Part shown: positions 31,016 to 43,360 of the stretch, in pieces
How positions within the stretch are numbered: the first letter of the stretch is position 1
Layout of the letters: every line of letters starts with the position of its first letter
NCBI GenBank assembly: GCA_002269645.1
Contig: NIVC01001143.1
Location: 124,001-188,000, forward strand
Length of the DNA: 64,000 nucleotides
Source: Macrostomum lignano
Taxonomy: Eukaryota
Direction: 5' to 3'
Position numbers and translations under genes: made by a program
Notes under the pieces: generated by a model
What the model was told of the DNA's origin: nothing
Databases searched by the model: none
What the model saw: only the letters and a program-made list of their open reading frames with translations

Positions 31016-31719
31016 CCAACTGCCCAGTGGCTCCAGTTTCTCTCATTCGACGGGTTGCCTGTCAGCCTGAGGCCGCTCCGCCTGCCGCTCTCCTAGTGAT
31101 GCCGCCACAGCCTCCATTCTGTGTTTTCCATCGCCGCATGCCTGTTTACCGCGTTTTTCTCATTTATTAGTGTACTTTTACATGCACAGTGAAGCTCTGG
31201 TCCCAGCCTCCGCTGCCTTCCTCGCCTCATCGCCCTATCGCCAGCCCGAGATGATGCTGGAGTCTGGGCGATCTCTGCTATTGTGATGCCTTCGATATTG
31301 CTTGCAAGTATTTTATAGAGCAGCCGCTGCCCCAGCCAGCGAGCTCTGTCAGTTTTTAGAGAATCTCTAGTCGGTTCAAATATATGTTGTTATTATTACT
31401 ATTTATATATTCATAACTTAGATTCTGGTTGCTAAGCGGATGTTACTGTCTGCTGCCGAATGTGCTTTGCCGGTGACGAGTCTTGCTGAAAAGGCATGGA
31501 TTTACTTTAATCAGGCGCATTTGAGAACTTGCTCAACTCTTAGTCGTTCGCTCGCTGGAGATCACGGGTTCAGTTGCATCTAACTAATTATTAATTAGTG
31601 CCAACTTGATCAGCGTGCCATGTGGTGAACGCCTTACCTATAGTGGGGAGGCTCTTCACTGGCGTCACTGCCTTGCAAACTGGATTTTAATCTTTAGTTG
31701 GAATTTTTAGTATTTAGAT

Positions 31720-32590
31720 TGTGAGATCTCAGACCGGCTGTCTCACTGTAGGATGGGATCTCAGACTGGCTTTCTCACTGTACATGTAGGATGAGATCTC
31801 AGACCGGCTGTCTCACTGTAGGGTGAGATCTCAGACCGGCTGTCTGACTGTAGGGTGAGATCTCAGACCGGCTGTCTCACTGTAGGATGAGATCTCAGAC
31901 CGGCTTTCTCACTGTACATGTAGGATGAGATCTCAGGCTGGCTTTCTCACTGTACATGTAGGATGAGATCTCAGACCGGCTTTCTCACTGTACATGTAGG
32001 ATGAGATCTCAGGCTGGCTTTCTCACTGTACATGTAGGATGAGATCTCAGGCTGGCTTTCTCACTGTACATGTAGGATGAGATCTCAGGCTGGCTTTCTC
32101 ACTGTATATGTACGATCGAGATCTCAGACTGGCTTTCTCACTGTTGAGTGAGATCTCAAACCGGCTTTCTCACTGTAGGAAGAGCTCCAGATCAATTCTC
32201 TCGCTTCAGGATGAGATCTTAGACCATGTTCTGTTACTGTAGGATCGAGATCTCAGACTGGCTTTCTCACTGTCGAGTGAGATCTCAGACCGGCTTTCTT
32301 ACTGTAGAGTGAGATCTCAGACCGGCTTTCTTACTGTAGAGTGAGATCTCAGACCAGCTTTCTCACTGTAGAGTGAGATCTCAGACCGGCTTTCTCACTG
32401 TAGAGTGAGATCTCAAACCAGCTTTCTCACTGTACATGTAGGATCGAGATCTCAGACTGGCTTTCTCACTATATGTACGATCGAGATCTCAGACTGGCTT
32501 TCTCAGTGTAGGATGAGCTTCAGATCAATTCTCTCGCTTCAGGATGAGATCTTAGACCAGTTCTGTTACTGTAGGGTGAGATCTCAGACC
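31720..32590. repeat. ~29-36-bp degenerate minisatellite (TGAGATCTCAGACCGGCTTTCTCACTGTA...)
   Basis: Units built on the palindrome TGAGATCTCA. Confidence 0.9.
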
Positions 32591-33214
32591 AATATTTTTA
32601 CTTGAATTGCTATCTTTAAAAAAGCAATCCGTGAGCAGTTGGAATATTTGAATAAACATATTGCACTTCATGTCTAGCAAAGCAGCTTGTAAAAACCTGT
32701 GCTATATAAATAATCTGTAAGTGTATCAATGTATTTGTAATCACATGCCTGCGCGGTTGGGGCGGCTCCGCCATGCAATCTGTGGAATACAATGAATAAT
32801 TTATGGCTCCAAGTTAAGCATGAGAATGTGGGCCTGTGCGGGAGCCGCAGAATGCACTGGCTAGATAGGAGTTTTAAGTTTGCAATGAATCTAAAATACA
32901 GATAATAACCGCTGTAATAAATACAGAAATGGTTCTGTCCATTCCGGCGCCAATACAGTACGCAGGCACTCACTCATACACACACGCTCACCAGGGTGTA
33001 CAGCAGCCCTGGCTTTCTAATGGTTCAGGCATGTACACTTTGCACTCTGCAGCCTCCAGTGACCTCAGCAGGACTTTCTATCTTCTCGCTCATGACATGC
33101 TATTGTTGCTGATGAGTAAATAAATACAATAAATATTTGTGGCTGGGAAAATTTCTAAATCCTGACTGCATTTATGGGATTTTTTGCCGCCCATGGAAGC
33201 TGAGCGCTCCGCCA

Positions 33215-36200
33215 TCACTTCTTCTCGTCCGGGTGCAGCAGCCGGTGCCAGCGGCTCACCAGCTCCCCGCGGGCCTCCAGCATGTCGTGCCAGTGGGCCG
33301 CCTCCTCCTCGCCGCTGCTGTTGCGGCCTGTATTGGCAGGGGCACCGGTTTCCATGGGGATTGATGACAGTGATGGATTGATGACAGTGATGGATTGATG
33401 ACAGTGATGGATTGATGACAGTGATGGATTGATGACAGTGATGGATTGATGACTGTGATGGATTGATGACAGTGATGGATTGATGACAGTGATGGATTGA
33501 TGACAGTGATGGATTGATGACAGTGATGGATTGATGACAGTGATGGAGATTGATGACAGTGATGGATTGATGACAGTGATGGATTGATGACAGTGATGGA
33601 TTGATGACAGTGATGGATTGATGACAGTGATGGATTGATGACAGTGATGGATTGATGACAGTGATGGATTGATGATAGTGATGGATTGATGACAGTGATG
33701 GATTGATGACAGTGATGGATTGATGACAGTGATGGATTGATGACAGTGATGGATTGATGACAGTGATGGATTGATGACAGTGATGGATTGATGACAGTGA
33801 TGGATTGATGATAGTGATGGATTGATGATAGTGATGGATTGATGACAGTGATGGATTGATGATAGTGATGGATTGATGACAGTGATGGATTGATGACAGT
33901 GATGGTTTGATGACAGTGATGGATTGATGACAGTGATGGATTGATGACAGTGATGGATTGATGACAGTGATGGTTTGATGACTGTGATGGATTGATGACA
34001 GTGATGGATTGATGACAGTGATGGATTGATGATAGTGATGGTTTGATGACAGTGCTCAGTTGCTGGGCGTGATTAATATTTCTAGCCTTTAGTTTTAATT
34101 AAATTTTGATTGAAGCTTGCGTTCCAAGGCTGCAGTTGTTCCGCATACTACTTATACCCGCAGCTGAGTAGTATCACAGGAGCCCGGCTCACCAATGGCA
34201 AACCATCCGATCATTTCTCGCCGTTTGATTGACCTTTTGGCGTAGATCGACAGCACGGCCGTGACGTCGGCCAGCTGGAATCTGTTGATGGGGAACATGA
34301 AGCTTTCCTTCCAGGTGGGGTTCGGGGTGGCGTTCGCGAAGGACGTCTTCGACTTGAACAGGATCTGCGAGGTGGACGCCATGAGAGCGAGCTTCACGCT
34401 GGTCTCTGCAAGTGGCGGGTGCGGGTGGATCGGATTTTAGGGGTGGCAGATTGATCACAGTGACAGATCGATTGGCAGATTGATCACAGTGACAGATTGA
34501 TCTCAGTGACAGATCGATCACAGTGACAGATTGATCACAGTGACAGATTGATCACAGTGACAGATTGATCACAGTGACAGATTGATCACAGTGACAGATT
34601 GATCACAGTGACAGATTGATCACAGTGACAGATTGATCACAGTGACAGATTGATCACAGTGACAGATCGATTGACAGATTGACCACAGTGGCAGATTGAT
34701 CACAGTGACAGATTGATTGGCAGTTTGATCACAGTGGCAGATTGATCACAGTGACAGATCGATTGGCAGATTGACCACAGTGACAGTTTGATCACAGTGG
34801 CAGATTGATCACAGTGACAGATCGATTGACAGATTGACCACAGTGGCAGATTGATCACAGTGACAGATTGATTGGCAGTTTGATCACAGTGGCAGATTGA
34901 TCACAGTGACAGATCGATTGGCAGATTGACCACAGTGACAGTTTGATCACAGTGACAGATTGATCACAGTGGCAGATTGATCACAGTGACAGATTGATTG
35001 GCAGATTGACCACAGTGACAGTTTGATCACAGTGACAGATTGATCACAGTGGCAGATTGATCACAGTGACAGATCGATTGGCAGATTGACCACAGTGGCA
35101 GATTGATCACAGTGACAGATTGATTGGCAGTTTGATCACAGTGGCAGATTGATCACAGTGACAGATCGATTGGCAGATTGACCACAGTGACAGTTTGATC
35201 ACAGTGGCAGATTGATCACAGTGACAGATCGATTGACAGATTGACCACAGTGGCAGATTGATCACAGTGACAGATTGATTGGCAGTTTGATCACAGTGGC
35301 AGATTGATCACAGTGACAGATCGATTGGCAGATTGACCACAGTGACAGTTTGATCACAGTGACAGATTGATCACAGTGGCAGATTGATCACAGTGACAGA
35401 TCGATTGGCAGATTGACCACAGTGACAGTTTGATCACAGTGACAGATTGATCACAGTGGCAGATTGATCACAGTGACAGATCGATTGGCAGATTGACCAC
35501 AGTGACAGTTTGATCACAGTGACAGATTGATCACAGTGGCAGATTGATCACAGTGACAGATCGATTGGCAGATTGACCACAGTGACAGTTTGATCACAGT
35601 GACAGATTGATCACAGTGGCAGATTGATCACAGTGACAGATTGATCACAGTGACAGATCGATTGGCAGATTGATCACAATGGCAGATTGATCACAGTGAC
35701 AGATTGACCACAGTGACAGATTGACCACAGTGACAGATTGACCACAGTAGCAGATTGATCACAGTGACAGATTGATTGGCAGATTGATCACAGTGACAGA
35801 TTGATTGGCAGATTGATCACAGCTAAATTCTCACCAGGCGCTTTTGAGCTGCCCGGCAACCGGAAGCCGCTGCCCTTCATCACCTCGACGGCGAGCTGGC
35901 CCGTCTTGGCGTTGTAGCCGAGGCCGAGGAACAGCTCGGCGGAGCCCATCACAGAGATGCAGCTGCCGGCCTGCGTGCTGGAAGCCTCGGAGAAGCCGGT
36001 GTCGGAGCCCTGGAAGGTGGCGATAGATGGGAAATGTACAGCTAATGTTTTTGGCTGATTGACAGTAAATGCTCAAGGGGGAAGCTGCGAGGGTTAATGC
36101 CATAGAAATGCGTGAGCCATTCGCTCAGTACACCAGTTATCGAGTCTGCGAACCGGACCTGGGAAGAACTTGAGTCAGTCATGTCGAGTAGTCTTGCTCG

Positions 36201-39200
36201 GCCTGTCCTGAGTATCGTTTTCAATTCCCCAGTTGTTGGGAGGAAAACTGTTATTTATTCCAGTAGCTAGCTGGTTTCCGGGCCGGCGGGGCCAATGGAA
36301 TTCCCGCATGGCGCTGCAGTTCTCTAAAGCGAGCTCGGCCTGTTGCGCATGGCGAGCCCCCCCCCCTCAGAGTCCCGTCCTCGGTCTAATGCAATTCTTC
36401 CTTTAAAAGTGCATCAAAAGGGCGGCAGGCGAACCCGGGGGCTCTAAGCAAATTAGGGATTTGAACAGGCAAAGTGGAAGAGTAGAGAGGATGATGGAGA
36501 TGAGGCTGGGCTGATGCTGCTGGAGCTTGTTGCATGTATTAGGAGTATTCGCGCTTGGCGAGACTGTGGGCGCAGTCACACCCCTTTACAAGTATATTTG
36601 AGTTTGTCCATAGACAATAATGTAGCCGACTGCATGTGAGATAACAGTCAGCAGCTGAGAGCATCGGCCATGCAGTTATGCTCTGCGCGTGACCAGCGGC
36701 CATCTGCATGGGCGATTGCTGCCCCCCCCCCCCAGTAAAAACCGCCCGGCGACCGCCCGGAGTCGCAGATGGAATTTAACGATCCCCGCGCCAGGCCGAC
36801 AGGCGCGCAGCTATCACGTGATTCAGATGTGCACTTTTAATCTGAGATTGCACTCTTGCTGTTGGTGAGGATGCAGGCGTAGAAGGGGATACTCATGAAA
36901 CGCATGTATTCGGGAAACTTTTGCAGTCCTGACGCAAGTTTTGGCGCTCCTGATGATTGTTTGGCGCCCTTGCTCATTGCTTGGCGCCCCTGATGATTGT
37001 TTGGCGCCCTTGCTCATTGCTTGGCGCCCCTGTTGGTTGTTTGGCGCCCCTAATGATTGCTTCACGCCCCTGATGATTGCTTGGCGCCTCTGATGATTGT
37101 TTGGCGCCCCTAATGATTGTTTGGCGCCTCTGATGATTGTTTGGCGCCCCTGATGATTGCTTGGCGCCTCTGATGATTATTTGGCGCCCCTGATGATTGT
37201 TTGGTGCCCCTGTTGATTGTTTGGCGCCCCTGATGATTGCTTGGCGCCTCTGATGATTATTTGGCGCCCCTGACGCAAACCTGGCACCCAAACTCCACTG
37301 AAGCCGCTACGAGCTTCCCTTTCCTCGGAGACTCGGCCCGCCCCTCCCCCCCTCCCTATTCACCACGTGAGACCTCGGCCCACTGCAGGGCAGCAGCGGC
37401 AGCTGTAGCGTCTCCTCCGTGCCGGCCGCTTCGGCCGGGGCTCCGGCGGCGGCTGGCGAGTCGGCCAGGGAGGCAAGCGCCAGGGTGCACTCCCCGATCA
37501 GCAGCTTCCGGCGCTTCCGCTCGCAGCCGTAGGCGCGGAACCGGACGGCCAGGCGAGACAGTTCGCCTGCGGGGTTGGAAAGGCCGCGGTGAAATGCTGG
37601 GAGAAATAATTTAGAAAGTGCACACGCTAAACTCGCTACTTATCTGAGCCAATCAGTAGCATACGTAGAAACTTTTTATTCGATTGAATTTCAGTGCACT
37701 GGGAAGGTAGCGAGTTTTCAGCTCGAACTTTCGCTATGTACTTTGATTTACGAGTATATTATCTGCAGGTGCAAGAGAAATTCTGTTGCCAGGCTTGCTA
37801 AATTATTGATTGGCTCCTCTTAACTCCCCTTTGACGCATTGATCCGGCTTGCGGAATGCCAGGACTTCGAATCTGAGTTGGGAGTTTATAACTCCTTCAT
37901 CGACTGCTTAAGCTCTCTATCGGGAATTGGAAAGCTCACTTTTTAAATTGTTTGCCGAGTAATTTGCTTGTCAAATGTCACAATGTACTTTTCGCAAGCG
38001 CAAGCCAGCCGTAGATCTTTTTTGCGCGTCAGTAAAGTTTGTCAGATTAATTGAGCTGCCGTTATACACTAATACGCCCAGCAACCAACTCACTCTTCCT
38101 TATTTTAATATAGCAACCTGCCTAGCAACCAACTCACTCCTCCCCTATTTTACCATATCAACCTGTCTAGCAACCAACTTACTCCTCCCTATTCTACCAT
38201 AGCAACCTGCCTAGCAACCAACTCACTCTTCCCTATTTTACCATTGCAACCCAGCAACCAACTCACTCCTCCCTATTTTACCATAACAACCTGCCTAGCA
38301 ACTAACTCACTCCTCCCTATTTTACCATAACAACCTGCCTAGCAACCAACTCACTCTTCCCTATTTTACCATTGCAACCCAGCAACCAACTCACTCCTCC
38401 CTATTTTACCATAGCAACCTGCCTAGCAACCAACTCACTCCTCCCTATTTTACCATAACAACCTGCCTAGCAACCAACTCACTCCTCCCTATTTAACCAT
38501 AACAACCTGCCTGGCAACCAACTCACTCCTCCCCATTTTACCATAGCAACCTGCCTAGCAACCAACTCACTCCTCCCTATTTTACCATAACAACCTGCCT
38601 AGCAACCAACTCACTCCTCCCTATTTTACCATAGCAACCTGCCTAGCAACCAACTCACTCCTCCCTATTTTAACATAGCAACCTGCCTAGCAACCAACTC
38701 ACTCGCGTAGATGCCAGAGAACACGAAGCTCTCGCCGAAGGCTGGAGACTCGCCCTTGACCGTCTCAGTCTGGTGGCGCTGCTTCCTGGCCGGCAGCAGG
38801 GCCAGCGACACCAGCACGGAGTTCCACCGGCCCGACAGGTCGACGGCACCAACTGGTCGAAGGTCCAGGGTTCGAATCACACGGACCACAACCTGACGGT
38901 CGGTGCACTCGTACCGAATGCCAACGTCAAGAGCTCCGACTGGCCGGGGACCGGGCGGAGGGGCCCACGCGGGTTGCTGGGTTTGGAGGTGTTTTAGAAC
39001 AGGTAAGTAAACCGGTATTCGGACAGGTAATTAAACCGTTATTCCGACACAAAAGTGAAATATTTCAGATCAGCCACTTCAGCCAATTTCAAATCCAGGT
39101 TATATCATAGAGCTCACAGATGAGGAGATTCCGTCGGGGTCTCTGGGAGCGCCGCTGTCGACGGTTCTGCTGCCGCTCACGGCAGCTGGCATCGACTCTG

Positions 39201-41617
39201 CGCAGTTGCCGTCTTCATTGGCGCCCGCTGAGCAGTTCTCGTCTGTCGGCAAGCTGCTCTGCCGGTGGTTCGAGTCTCTGGTCTCTGCAACGGAGTCGAT
39301 TGGGTCAAGTTTTTCGAGCTTGAGTTGATGGCTTTTCATTTGAATGGATTGCCCAGATAGAAAACTAAATGGGATGAAAATGTTAGGAGGGGCGCGAGAC
39401 AGGAGAGAAAGAAAGAAGTTATGAAAGCAGAGTAGAAGAAGCAGCAAAGAGGCTCTCTTGGGGGAAAGAGGGAAAGATTGAGACATGGGAGAGAGGGAGA
39501 GGGGAAGGAAGGAAAGAAGAGGGAGGGAGAGAGAAAAGAGGGTAAGGAGAGAGAGAGGGGTGAGGAGAGAGAGAGGGGTGAGGAGAGAGAGAGGGGTGAG
39601 GAGAGAGAGAGGGGTGAGGAGAGAGAGAGGGGTGAGGAGAGAGAGAGGGGTGAGGAGAGAGAGAGGGGTGAGGAGAGAGAGAGAGGGGTGAGGAGAGAGA
39701 GAGGGGTGAGGAGAGAGAGATTGGTGAGGAGAGAGAGATTGGTGAGGAGAGAGAGAGAGAGGGGTGAGGAGAGAGAGAGGGGTGAGGAGAGAGAGAGGGG
39801 CGAGGAGAGAGAGAGAGAGGGGTGAGGAGAGAGAGAGGGGTGAGGAGAGAGAGAGAGAGGGGTGAGGAGAGAGAGAGGGGTGAGGAGAGAGAGAGGGGTG
39901 AGGAGAGAGAGAGAGGGGTGAGGAGAGAGAGAGGGGTGAGGAGAGAGAGATTGGTGAGGAGAGAGAGAGAGAGGGGTGAGGAGAGAGAGAGGGGTGAGGA
40001 GAGAGAGAGGGGCGAGGAGAGAGAGAGAGAGAGGGGTGAGGAGAGAGAGAGGGGTGAGGAGAGAGAGAGGGGCGAGGAGAGAGAGAGAGAGGGGTGAGGA
40101 GAGAGAGAGGGGTGAGGAGAGAGAGAGAGAGAGGGTAAGGAGAGATTGGGTGAGGAGAGAGGGTGACAAGAGAGGGGGTGAGGAGAGAGGGTGAGAAGAG
40201 AGAGAGTGTGTGAGAAGAGAGAGGTGAGAAGAGAGGTGAGGAGAGAGGGGTGAGGAGAGAGAGAAAGGGGTGAGGAGAGAGAGAGAGGGTCGAAAAGAGC
40301 TGGAGGGGAGCGACGGATAGAGAGGGAGGAAAGAAAAGAAGAGGGGGAGAGGGAGAGGAGAAAGGAGAGAAGGCAGACGCCGATATCGGAAACCGGATGC
40401 CGAACGGGGAAGCAGCAGCACAATGGATGAATTGGGGAATTCTCTCGCTCACTGGCACCCAGCGGTCTGCGCCCATCGAGTCTGATTGGCATCGGCCGGA
40501 CATCTCAACACAGTATGGGAAATTATCCCATGGTTTTGCAGCAGCCTATCGGAAATTGGCTCGGCCCGAGCGCCACTAATCAGCTACTGGGATGGGCCCG
40601 GCGCCCAAGTGATTGAGTGGCGAGAGTTCCCCGCCCACCCCCTCGTAGCCTCGCAGGTGTCACCTGAACTCCGTGTCGGATTTCAGAAGATGGGCACCGC
40701 CGCCGACTGAGCGAGGAGCTCGACAGGCGGCGGGGATGCTCCGCCAAAGTGCACCCATCCAGCACCCGAGGGATGCAGCGGCTTCTGCCGGACCGCTGAT
40801 TCGATTCTCCACCCTCCCCTCCCCCCGGCCTCGAAGTGCCCCCCTCATCTTCCCAGGGGAAGCCAGAGCGCCAGCCGTCATGACAGGAGCGGAGCGGCGG
40901 CCCGAGCTTCATCCGGGCTCTCCCAGTCTCCGGGCCCGCCTGTTTGCTCCAAGCTTTGAAGCCCCGCAGCCGCCCGGCCCGGCACAGAAAAGTGCGGACA
41001 GAGCGGTGACAAAAATCCCCCGACACCCTGCCGAGCTCCAGCCTCAGATGGAGGAGGCTGACGCCGGATGAGTTCCCCGCCTGCCCTCTTCTATGAGCTG
41101 ATTGAAAAGTACCGAATCTCTCAAACACTGCCGAATGCGAGCGGCTGCGGAGTTCTTTGAGATCGGCTCTCCGAGTGCCGGCTGGGACCGAAGCTGCTTC
41201 AGTGACACCGGCAGCCACTTTGCTCATTAGAACGCTTCATGAACTGGGCTTCTCAAGTGGGCCTCTGGTGGCAGAAATTGTCCGCCTAATACTGACGGAT
41301 CTGCACAGGGCTAATGATCACTGCTCAAGTTACTTGAAGACAAGTTCTCACCAGTATCACCAGCCCGCACTCACCGGTATCACCAGCCCGCACTCACCGG
41401 TATCACCAGCCCGCACTCACCAGTATCACCAGCCCGCACTCACCAGTATCACCAGCCCGCACTCACCGGTATCACCAGCCTTGTCCTCCTCCTGCGGCGG
41501 GCTGCCTGGCCGATCATCTGGCGAGGCCGGTCGGCCCTGGCGGCTGCCGTAGCAGCAGGACAACAGGCCGCGGAGGCTGGTGGCGGGAGTCTGGGCAACC
41601 CGCTGGTAGAAGGCCAT
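33215..41617 (-). CDS. SYT16: Gene C: synaptotagmin-14/16-like tandem C2 protein (7 exons, ~431 aa, no TM segment in this model)
   Basis: Exons (minus) 41617-41467, 39284-39118, 38976-38703, 37566-37364, 36009-35835, 34405-34193, 33327-33215; phases compatible, 1296 nt. C2A GALDVGIRYEC...LLPARKQRHQT...FGESFVF; C2B ELFLGLGYNAKTGQL...PNPTWKESFMF...REMIGWFAIGRNSSGEEEAAHWHDM...RWHRLL is characteristic of SYT14/16. First exon is the least certain. Confidence 0.88.
33358..34055. repeat. 17-bp minisatellite (GATTGATGACAGTGATG), ~41 copies
   Basis: Last intron of gene C. Confidence 0.97.
34445..35822. repeat. 17-bp minisatellite (GATTGATCACAGTGACA) with higher-order variants
   Basis: Fills nearly the whole intron 34406-35834 of gene C. 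Confidence 0.97.
36940..37272. repeat. 20-bp minisatellite (TTGGCGCCCCTGATGATTGT), ~16 copies
   Basis: Intron of gene C. Confidence 0.93.
38081..38702. repeat. 44-bp minisatellite starting exactly at a 5' splice site of gene C, ~14 copies
   Basis: Minus-strand unit GTGAGTTGGTTGCTAGGCAGGTTGCTATGGTAAAATAGGGAGGA. Confidence 0.95.
39545..40280. repeat. GA-rich compound repeat (GGGGTGAGGAGAGAGAGA)n
   Basis: 18-24-bp units; explains the Ser/Leu/Pro ORFs at 39100-40503. Confidence 0.93.
41348..41480. repeat. 23-bp tandem repeat spanning the exon 1 donor of gene C, ~5.5 copies
   Basis: Minus-strand unit GGGCTGGTGATACCG|GTGAGTGC. Confidence 0.9.
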
Positions 41618-43360
41618 GGAGACTCCAGATCAGCCCGAAGACATCGCTGGCGAGTCTCGTTAGTCGCTGGGCTCGCTTAAAGATTCCTCAGCTGGCAAGT
41701 GCGCGCCTGATTAAACAAAAGCCGCCCCAAAGACGTTCAGTTTGCTGGTCCGCCGCCAGAGCCTTGCCGACTCGCTCCGTTCGCCCACGCGGCTCCCAAA
41801 ATTATGCGGGCGGCTCTGCTGGGTCTGAGGGGTGGCGGTGAGCCGGGGGAGGGGGCGGTGCTCGCTCGCAGTGCGGCCCTGACAGTGCCGGGTCAAGCAG
41901 AGGGCGAGGAGCTCAGGGCAGGTCTGGCCAATACGGGCGCAGACTGCAAGCTTATGAGTTCCGATAGCGAACTGCAAATTTTTGCTTGAGCACAGCGGGC
42001 TGAGCACCGTATTGCAACGGACTGCAGCTCAGCTTCGCGAGTCGAGCTCCACCACCGCCGGCCGTAGGGACTTAAATTGATGAAGCTGCGACGGGGCGGG
42101 AAGCTGCGGGGGATCATTGATAAAAAAGCGATGTGAAGGGTAGCGACGCTGCCTCGGTCAGCCAGGTGAATGCAGTGGGTTTTATCCCTGCCCTGGAGTT
42201 GAGAGACAATGGACAGGGAACGGGCATCACCCCCAACTGGCCATCCATCTGACCAGCCGTCTCGGCCGGGCCGGCTGCGGCTGCACAGCCGAAATCTCCT
42301 CAGATTGCTAAAAGTGCGTGCGCCGTTGAGAGGGAGGGTGGGGGAGGGCATCTCCGCGCGTGTCCGAGAGCCCCAGGCGGTGAGCAACTGCTCAGCGGCT
42401 CCGGCCTTGTCTTTATTGACCACCGCTTCAACTGAGATCCCAGATTATGGGATATTGTGACGGGTGTTTATGAAGAACCGGCCTCCCCCAGCCCGGCCCT
42501 CGCCGCCGCTTTCTCTTCTGCGCGCGGAGCCCCGGTGCGGCACTGGGCGCTTTGCCGCTGCCGGCGCCCGAGCTCGCAGCAGATTCGGTCCGGTCGGGCC
42601 CGTATCAGCGGGGCGTGGCCTGGGGCAGCACTGATAAGCCCCGGCCGCCCACAGTGCACCGCCGGCAACTGCGCCTCAGACAGAGAGAGCCGTAAAAAGA
42701 GAGAGGCGCTGCGCTCACCTGCATGCAGCCAGCGCATTGCGATAGCACTGGGGTGGGGTGATAGATCAGGCCCAGCCGATCTGAACTGGGACACTGGCTC
42801 AGCTGGTCGCAGCTCACAACTCATGCAGTCTGTCAAAGCTGTCTTGCAGCTACTTCAGGTACAGAGCCCGCGGCCTGTGAGCTCCGCATTTCTCACGGCT
42901 GCCCCCCTCCCTCTCCACCCCTCCAAAACTGTGAAGCCAAACTGTTGCGGGCTGCAGTGGCGCAGTTCATTCTGGCAATTGTGCGGCTCTGACAAATGCG
43001 GGAGGGTGACTGGGGTGGGGGGGGGGCAGCTCTAGCAACTGAATGCCAATGGCAGCGGGGGTCCCCAGCTGAATAATTCAGCTTATCGATTGCTGCTCCG
43101 CTGGACAGGCCAGCGTCTGCGCGGCCCGATGAAGCCAGAAGCAGCAACCGGAGCCGCCTGCTGAGCAGCGATAATTCCTGCCGAGAATTAGCGTTTCTCG
43201 CTTTCTGCTTTGCAACAATAAATCCATCTGGCCCTCACCGGAGGAGTTGGGGCGCCACCAGTGTCCGCTCGCTCATCTGCTGCTGAGTTCATTTTTCTGC
43301 CAGCGTTGCCGATAATTATTCGTGCAAATAATATTCGAGCAACGCTACTTAAAGTAGGTA

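Noticed and set aside
31020-31075. Minus-strand GNPSNERNWSHW as the last SYT exon
   Set aside because: 33215-33327 gives a far better match to the SYT14/16 C-terminus and ends in a stop.
34445-35822. RSS/Transib-like heptamer CACAGTG in every unit
   Set aside because: No nonamer or 12/23 spacing and no transposase; a 7-mer in one satellite is readily explained by chance.
39100-40503. 467-aa and overlapping Ser/Leu/Pro ORFs
   Set aside because: GA-rich repeat read-through; only 39118-39284 is a plausible exon.
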